From Candidatus Uzinura diaspidicola str. ASNER (lineage in GTDB: Bacteria > Bacteroidota > Bacteroidia > Flavobacteriales > Blattabacteriaceae), in contig CP003263.1 in the NCBI GenBank assembly GCA_000331975.1, forward strand, positions 90,001 to 122,000: 32,000 bases of DNA. The letters are read 5' to 3'. Numbering within the stretch: position 1 is the first letter of the stretch; each line of letters starts with the position of its first letter. Below, piece by piece: positions 27,596 to 32,000 of the stretch. The notes under the pieces were generated by a model that was given only the letters and a program-made list of their open reading frames with translations, was not told the origin of the DNA and searched no databases. A program made the translations under genes and the position numbers.

Positions 27596-28660
27596 TTACT
27601 TTATCATGGGTTTAAAATTTTCATCATGTTTAATTTTTTCAAATATTTGTTTTAAATCTTTACTAAGTTTTTTTGGAGTCCAAACATGAATATGTACTAA
27701 TAAATCGCCATAACTATGGGTTTCTATATTACGAATACCTTTTCCTTTTATGTTAATAATTTTACCAGAATCCGTACCACCCTCTATAAAAAGTCGTACT
27801 TTTTCATTTAAAGTAGGAACCTCTTTACTTGTACCTAAAACAGCTTCAGGTATCGAAATGTATAGATTATAATGAATATTAACACCATCTCTCTTGAAAA
27901 TTTCATGAGGAATCTCCTCAATAATTACTATTAAATCTCCGTGAGATCCTTCAAAATGATCTCCTTCATTTCCTTTTCCTGATAATTTTAAGTTTATACC
28001 TTCAGTTATTCCTTGAGGGATAGTAATATTTACTAGCTCTTCTTCATTAATCATTCCTTGTCTATTAGCTCCAGTAGGAATATTATCTATCATTTTTCCA
28101 CTACCATTACAATAGCTACATGTAGTCATTGTTCTAAATTTACCAATAACAGTATTTTTAATTTGAGAAATTTTACCATTTCCATTGCAATGAATACAAG
28201 TTTTAAATCTTACCCCCTTAGCTTTTTTCATTCGCTTAACTTTAACTTTCTTTTCAACCCCTCTAGAAATTTCTTCCAAAGAAAGCTTTATACGAATACG
28301 TAAATCACTTCCCTTAAAACTACGCCCTCCTGTAAAACTAAAACTTGAGAAAGCAGAGCCAAAAAAATCTCCAAAAAGATCTTTCATGCCTGCATTTGTA
28401 TAACCAGCTTCTCTCTGAGAAGCATTTATTCCTCCTAATCCTTCATATCCATATTTATCATAAATATTTCTCTTTTCAGGAGAACTTAGCACTTCATAAG
28501 CTTCCGCAGCTTCCTTAAATTTTTCTTCTGCAATTTTGTTTCCTGGATTTTTATCAGGATGATAGCGAATTGCCAATTTTCTATAGGCCTTCTTTATATC
28601 ATCTTCAGATGCAGTTTTTGATATTCCTAGTATATCATAATAATCTTTTTTTTTCATCAA
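27596..28660 (-). CDS. dnaJ: molecular chaperone DnaJ (only two CxxCxGxG motifs)
   Basis: J domain [33 protein letters not shown], a G/F region, and CIHCNGNG and CSYCNGSG motifs. 354 aa. Confidence 0.93.
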   Translation of the reverse strand: MMKKKDYYDILGISKTASEDDIKKAYRKLAIRYHPDKNPGNKIAEEKFKEAAEAYEVLSSPEKRNIYDKYGYEGLGGINASQREAGYTNAGMKDLFGDFFGSAFSSFSFTGGRSFKGSDLRIRIKLSLEEISRGVEKKVKVKRMKKAKGVRFKTCIHCNGNGKISQIKNTVIGKFRTMTTCSYCNGSGKMIDNIPTGANRQGMINEEELVNITIPQGITEGINLKLSGKGNEGDHFEGSHGDLIVIIEEIPHEIFKRDGVNIHYNLYISIPEAVLGTSKEVPTLNEKVRLFIEGGTDSGKIINIKGKGIRNIETHSYGDLLVHIHVWTPKKLSKDLKQIFEKIKHDENFKPMIK

Positions 28661-28663
28661 TTT

Positions 28664-29170
28664 TTATTTTCCAACGATTACTTTTGCATGACGTACTACT
28701 TTATCGTATAAAAGATAACCCATTTCTACAATATCAATGATTTTACCTTTAAGATCTTGTGAAGTAGCTTTAATTTGAGATAAAGCTTCATGAATATCTG
28801 TACTGAAATGATCTCCTTTCTTTGTTTTAATCTGCTTTATACCCTTCTTTTTAAGAACACTAAAAAACTTTTCGTATATCAACTTAATACCTATAATTAT
28901 ATTTACGTTGTTGTCTTTTTTTATTTCTAATAAACAACGTTCAAAATCATCCAGAACTGGTATGAGTTCTACAACTACTTCTTGATTGGCGAGTTTGACT
29001 AATTCAAATTTTTCTTTTTGTATACGTTTTTTATAATTTTCAAAATCTGAAAAAATACGTAAAAATTTGTTTTTTTGTTCTACTATTTTTTTTTTAAAAA
29101 GCTCTCTTTCTAAAACCCTTTTAACACTTTCATTAAAGTAGGAAAAGGGTTCTTTTTTATCTAAATTCAT
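28664..29170 (-). CDS. grpE: nucleotide exchange factor GrpE
   Basis: 168 aa with FKNYKKRIQKE-type coiled coil (DFENYKKRIQKEKFE) and the C-terminal GYLLYDKVVRHAKVIV. It lies immediately upstream of dnaJ on the same strand. Confidence 0.9.
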   Translation of the reverse strand: MNLDKKEPFSYFNESVKRVLERELFKKKIVEQKNKFLRIFSDFENYKKRIQKEKFELVKLANQEVVVELIPVLDDFERCLLEIKKDNNVNIIIGIKLIYEKFFSVLKKKGIKQIKTKKGDHFSTDIHEALSQIKATSQDLKGKIIDIVEMGYLLYDKVVRHAKVIVGK

Positions 29171-29315
29171 TTACTAACTTTTTTAAGTAAAGGGAAGGGA
29201 AATCCAAAGTATTGCCATAATAGTCTTATTGTCATTCTGACATTTAATAGAGGAAGACCTACTTCCTTCCAACAAGAATATTAACTTGTCTTTAAAAAAT
29301 ATCTTAGCTAATAAT

Positions 29316-30707
29316 ATGTATGATTTTGATTTAGTAATTATAGGCTCTGGTCCTGGAGGTTATGTCGCTGCTATAAGAGCAGCGCAGCTAGGATTTAAAA
29401 CTGCTATAATAGAAAAAGAAAAATTAGGAGGTATTTGTTTAAATTGGGGCTGTATACCCACAAAAGCTTTATTAACTAGTGCACAAATTTTTTCTACTTT
29501 AAAAAAAGCTTCATTTTACGGTATAAAATCTGATAATATTCAGATAAATTTTTCTAGTATTATCGAGCGTAGTCGCGCTGTCTCAGAAAAAATGAGTAAA
29601 GGTATTAGTTTCTTAATGCAAAAGAATAAAATTAACGTTTTCTTTGGTAAAGCAGAATTAAAAGAAGGAAAAAAAATTAGGATTACAACTAATGAAGGAA
29701 AAGAAATGGAGTATAAAGCTTCTTTTATCATTATAGCGACAGGAGCAAGTTCAAAAAAGATACAGAATCTACCACAAGATGGTAAGAAAATTATAGGATA
29801 CAGAGAGGCTCTTACTCTTTCTTCACTTCCTCATAGGATGGTAGTAGTTGGAGGTGGTGTAATTGGAGTTGAGTTTGCTTATTTTTATAATGCTATGGGC
29901 GTTCAAGTCAGTTTGATAGAATCTATGAATAGAATTCTACCACTTGAAGATATAGAAGTCTCTCAAGAATTAGAGAAATCTTTTAAAAGGAACGGAATAA
30001 AAGTATTTACTTCTTCTTATATCGAAGGAGTGGATGTCGCCAAAACAGGCGTTCATCTATCTATTAAAGACTCTAAAAAAAAATCTAAGATAGAAGCAGA
30101 TATAGCATTATCTGCAGTAGGTATTACACCTAATATAGAAAATATAGGTTTAGATACAGTAGGAATTACTTTAGAAAAAGGACATATTTTAGTTGATGAT
30201 TTTTATCGTACTAATATAGAAGGATATTTTGCAATAGGCGATTTAGTAGATGGTCCAGCTTTAGCACATGTAGCCTCAGCAGAGGCTATTATCTGCGTAG
30301 ATAATATAAAAGGACTAAATCCTTCTCCATTAGATTATAAAAATATTCCTAGTTGTATCTATTGTATTCCGGAAATTTCTTCTGTAGGACTTACCGAGGA
30401 AAAAGCTATAAAAAAAGGTTATAAAATAAAAGTTGGTAAGTTTATTTTTTCTGCATCAGGAAAAGCTAATGCAAATGGAGAAACAGAAGGCTTTATTAAA
30501 GTTATATTCGATGCTAATTACGGTGAATGGCTAGGATGTCACATGATAGGAAAAGGTGTAACTGAAATGATAATGGAAGCAGTAGTAGCACGTAAACTTG
30601 AAACTACTGCTCATGATATTATAAATACTATACATCCTCACCCAACTTTAAGTGAAGGTGTAATAGAAGCTATAGCTAACGCTTATGGAAAATGTATTCA
30701 TTTATAG
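29316..30707 (+). CDS. lpdA: dihydrolipoyl dehydrogenase (E3)
   Basis: MYDFDLVIIGSGPGGYVAAIRAAQLG, redox-active GGICLNWGCIPTK and the C-terminal HPHPTLSE. The track start at 29286 is a TTG, so ATG 29316 fits the canonical N-terminus. Confidence 0.93.
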   Translation: MYDFDLVIIGSGPGGYVAAIRAAQLGFKTAIIEKEKLGGICLNWGCIPTKALLTSAQIFSTLKKASFYGIKSDNIQINFSSIIERSRAVSEKMSKGISFLMQKNKINVFFGKAELKEGKKIRITTNEGKEMEYKASFIIIATGASSKKIQNLPQDGKKIIGYREALTLSSLPHRMVVVGGGVIGVEFAYFYNAMGVQVSLIESMNRILPLEDIEVSQELEKSFKRNGIKVFTSSYIEGVDVAKTGVHLSIKDSKKKSKIEADIALSAVGITPNIENIGLDTVGITLEKGHILVDDFYRTNIEGYFAIGDLVDGPALAHVASAEAIICVDNIKGLNPSPLDYKNIPSCIYCIPEISSVGLTEEKAIKKGYKIKVGKFIFSASGKANANGETEGFIKVIFDANYGEWLGCHMIGKGVTEMIMEAVVARKLETTAHDIINTIHPHPTLSEGVIEAIANAYGKCIHL

Positions 30708-30734
30708 TCTTTACGTGAAATTTTAATCACAACT

Positions 30735-31727
30735 ATGACTTTTGAAAGTTTTATAGATAAAGTAAATATTTTTTGTAGAAGTGGAGATGGTGGAAATGGT
30801 ATAGTACATTTTAGGCGTGAAAAATTTGTTTATAAAGGTGGACCTGATGGAGGCGATGGAGGTGATGGAGGGAGTATTTTTTTACGTGGAGATTCTAATT
30901 TAGGTACTTTACTACACTTCAGATATAATAAAAACTATAAAGCTAAAAATGGGTTAACAGGAAAAAGATCGCGAAAAAGGGGGGCTTCAGGAAAAAAACT
31001 TATATTAAATGTTCCAATAGGAACTATTGCTAGAGATCAACAAGGAAACATTTTATGTGAAATTATGCATAATAAACAAGAAAGTCTTGTTTTACCTGGA
31101 GGGAAAGGAGGATTAGGAAATTGGCATTTTAGAAACTCTGTTAAAAGAACCCCTCTTTACGCTCAACCAGGGTTACAGGGAGTAGAACTCTGGATAACTT
31201 TAGAGCTAAAAATATTAGCTGATGTAGGATTGATAGGATTGCCTAATGCAGGAAAGTCTACTTTACTTTCAGTACTTACCTCAGCTAAACCTAAAATTGG
31301 AAATTATGCTTTTACGACTATAACTCCTAAATTAGGTTATGTAAAGTATAAAGAGGAAAAATCTTTTATTATTTCTGATATTCCTGGGATACTAAAAGGA
31401 GCAAGTAAAGGAAAAGGAATCGGATTACGGTTTTTACGACACATAGAACGTAATGTAGTTTTATTATTTTTAATTTCTGCTGAAGAAAAAAATATTCTTT
31501 ATATTTATAAAATTCTTTTACAAGAGCTTTCTTATTATAAATATAATCTTTTAGAGAAAGACCGTTTGTTAGCAATTTCTAAATATGATTTGATTGAAGA
31601 AAATATGAAAAATAACCTTCCATATAATATAGAAATATTATGTGTTTCATCTCATTATTTAAAAGGGTTAAATTACTTAAAAAAGGCGTTATGCTACAAA
31701 CTAAAAATTCTAAAGGTATGTGGATAA
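30735..31727 (+). CDS. obg: GTPase Obg/CgtA
   Basis: An Obg fold (GDGGNGIVHFRREKFVYKGGPDGGDGGDGG) and a G domain (GLPNAGKSTLL, SDIPGI). 330 aa. Confidence 0.93.
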   Translation: MTFESFIDKVNIFCRSGDGGNGIVHFRREKFVYKGGPDGGDGGDGGSIFLRGDSNLGTLLHFRYNKNYKAKNGLTGKRSRKRGASGKKLILNVPIGTIARDQQGNILCEIMHNKQESLVLPGGKGGLGNWHFRNSVKRTPLYAQPGLQGVELWITLELKILADVGLIGLPNAGKSTLLSVLTSAKPKIGNYAFTTITPKLGYVKYKEEKSFIISDIPGILKGASKGKGIGLRFLRHIERNVVLLFLISAEEKNILYIYKILLQELSYYKYNLLEKDRLLAISKYDLIEENMKNNLPYNIEILCVSSHYLKGLNYLKKALCYKLKILKVCG

Positions 31728-31734
31728 GATATTG

Positions 31735-31808
31735 TAACCTGACTGGGAGTCGAACCCAGGACCCTTACATTAAAAGTGTAATGCTCTAACCTACTGAGCT
31801 ACCAGGTC
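31735..31808 (-). tRNA. tRNA-Lys (anticodon TTT)
   Basis: The reverse complement reads GACCTGG-TA-GCTC-AGTAGGTTA-GAGC-A-TTACA-CTTTTAA-TGTAA-GGGTC-CTGGG-TTCGACT-CCCAG-TCAGGTT-A. Confidence 0.9.
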
Positions 31809-31815
31809 TTTAGAT

Positions 31816-32000
31816 ATGTATATTATATTAATAGGGTATATGGGTAGTGGTAAGACTACTGTAGGTAGTTTATTATCTTTTTCTTTAGTAAAAAAATTTT
31901 ACGATTTAGATGATATTATTATTACTTGGAAAAACCAAGATATACATAATATCTTCGTTAAAAACGGTGAAAATTATTTTAGAAAAATTGAAACAGATGT
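31816..32000 (+). CDS. aroK: shikimate kinase (3' end lies right of the window)
   Basis: Hand translation gives MYIILIGYMGSGKTTVGSLLSFSLVKKFYDLDDIIITWKNQDIHNIFVKNGENYFRKIETD. It has a P-loop GxMGxGKTTVG and the GE..FR..E motif, and the frame stays open to the window edge. Confidence 0.85.
   Translation, partial: MYIILIGYMGSGKTTVGSLLSFSLVKKFYDLDDIIITWKNQDIHNIFVKNGENYFRKIETD

Noticed and set aside
29200-29225. A sigma-54-like TGGCA element on the minus strand upstream of grpE (reverse complement ...TATGGCAATACTTTGGATT...).
   Set aside because: The downstream element reads TTTGG rather than TTGC, and its spacing from the GG is off by one relative to TGGCAC-N5-TTGC. Other TGGCA occurrences (for example 19926 and 22746) also lack a correctly spaced -12 element.
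1-32000. Genetic-code change (UGA read as Trp), as seen in some tiny endosymbiont genomes.
   Set aside because: TGA terminates serS, tsaD, pnp and the repaired lepA at the expected protein ends, and no conserved gene needs read-through of an internal TGA.

Overview
This is a gene-dense, strongly AT-rich window from a reduced bacterial genome. Protein motifs and gene content point to a Flavobacteriales (Bacteroidetes) insect nutritional endosymbiont, Blattabacterium-like, but the exact taxon cannot be fixed without a database search. The standard bacterial code applies, since TGA ends serS, tsaD and pnp. Content is housekeeping and amino-acid provisioning. It includes rluD, rluB, aroQ, tyrS, leuA-leuC-leuD-leuB, lepA, rplU-rpmA, rpoN, asnS, serS, metF, sufBCDS, tsaD, rpmE, rpsO-pnp, rpoD, mnmA, dnaJ-grpE, lpdA, obg and aroK. 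There are seven tRNA genes: Arg-CCG, Phe-GAA, Leu-CAA, initiator Met-CAT, Ser-GCT and Lys-TTT are well supported, and Arg-CCG is the least canonical. Many neighbouring genes overlap by 1-47 nt. I see no mobile element, CRISPR array, defence or toxin locus, or secondary-metabolite locus, so there is no credible candidate for a novel multi-gene system here. The items worth a second look are as follows. (1) Five reading-frame breaks sit inside poly(A) runs in three essential genes: lepA, rplU, and an rnpA gene that is invisible in the ORF track. Each is repaired by adding one A, which means either dependence on transcriptional slippage or systematic homopolymer under-calling in the assembly. (2) A 7-copy, 10-bp tandem repeat fills the whole spacer between two convergent tRNA genes. 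(3) The initiator tRNA has only one of the three hallmark anticodon-stem G:C pairs. (4) DnaJ keeps only two of its four CxxCxGxG motifs. (5) LeuA ends where the leucine-feedback domain normally begins. (6) Sigma-54 is retained with no recognisable -24/-12 promoter in the window. (7) Several spacers are unusually long for this genome and remain unexplained.
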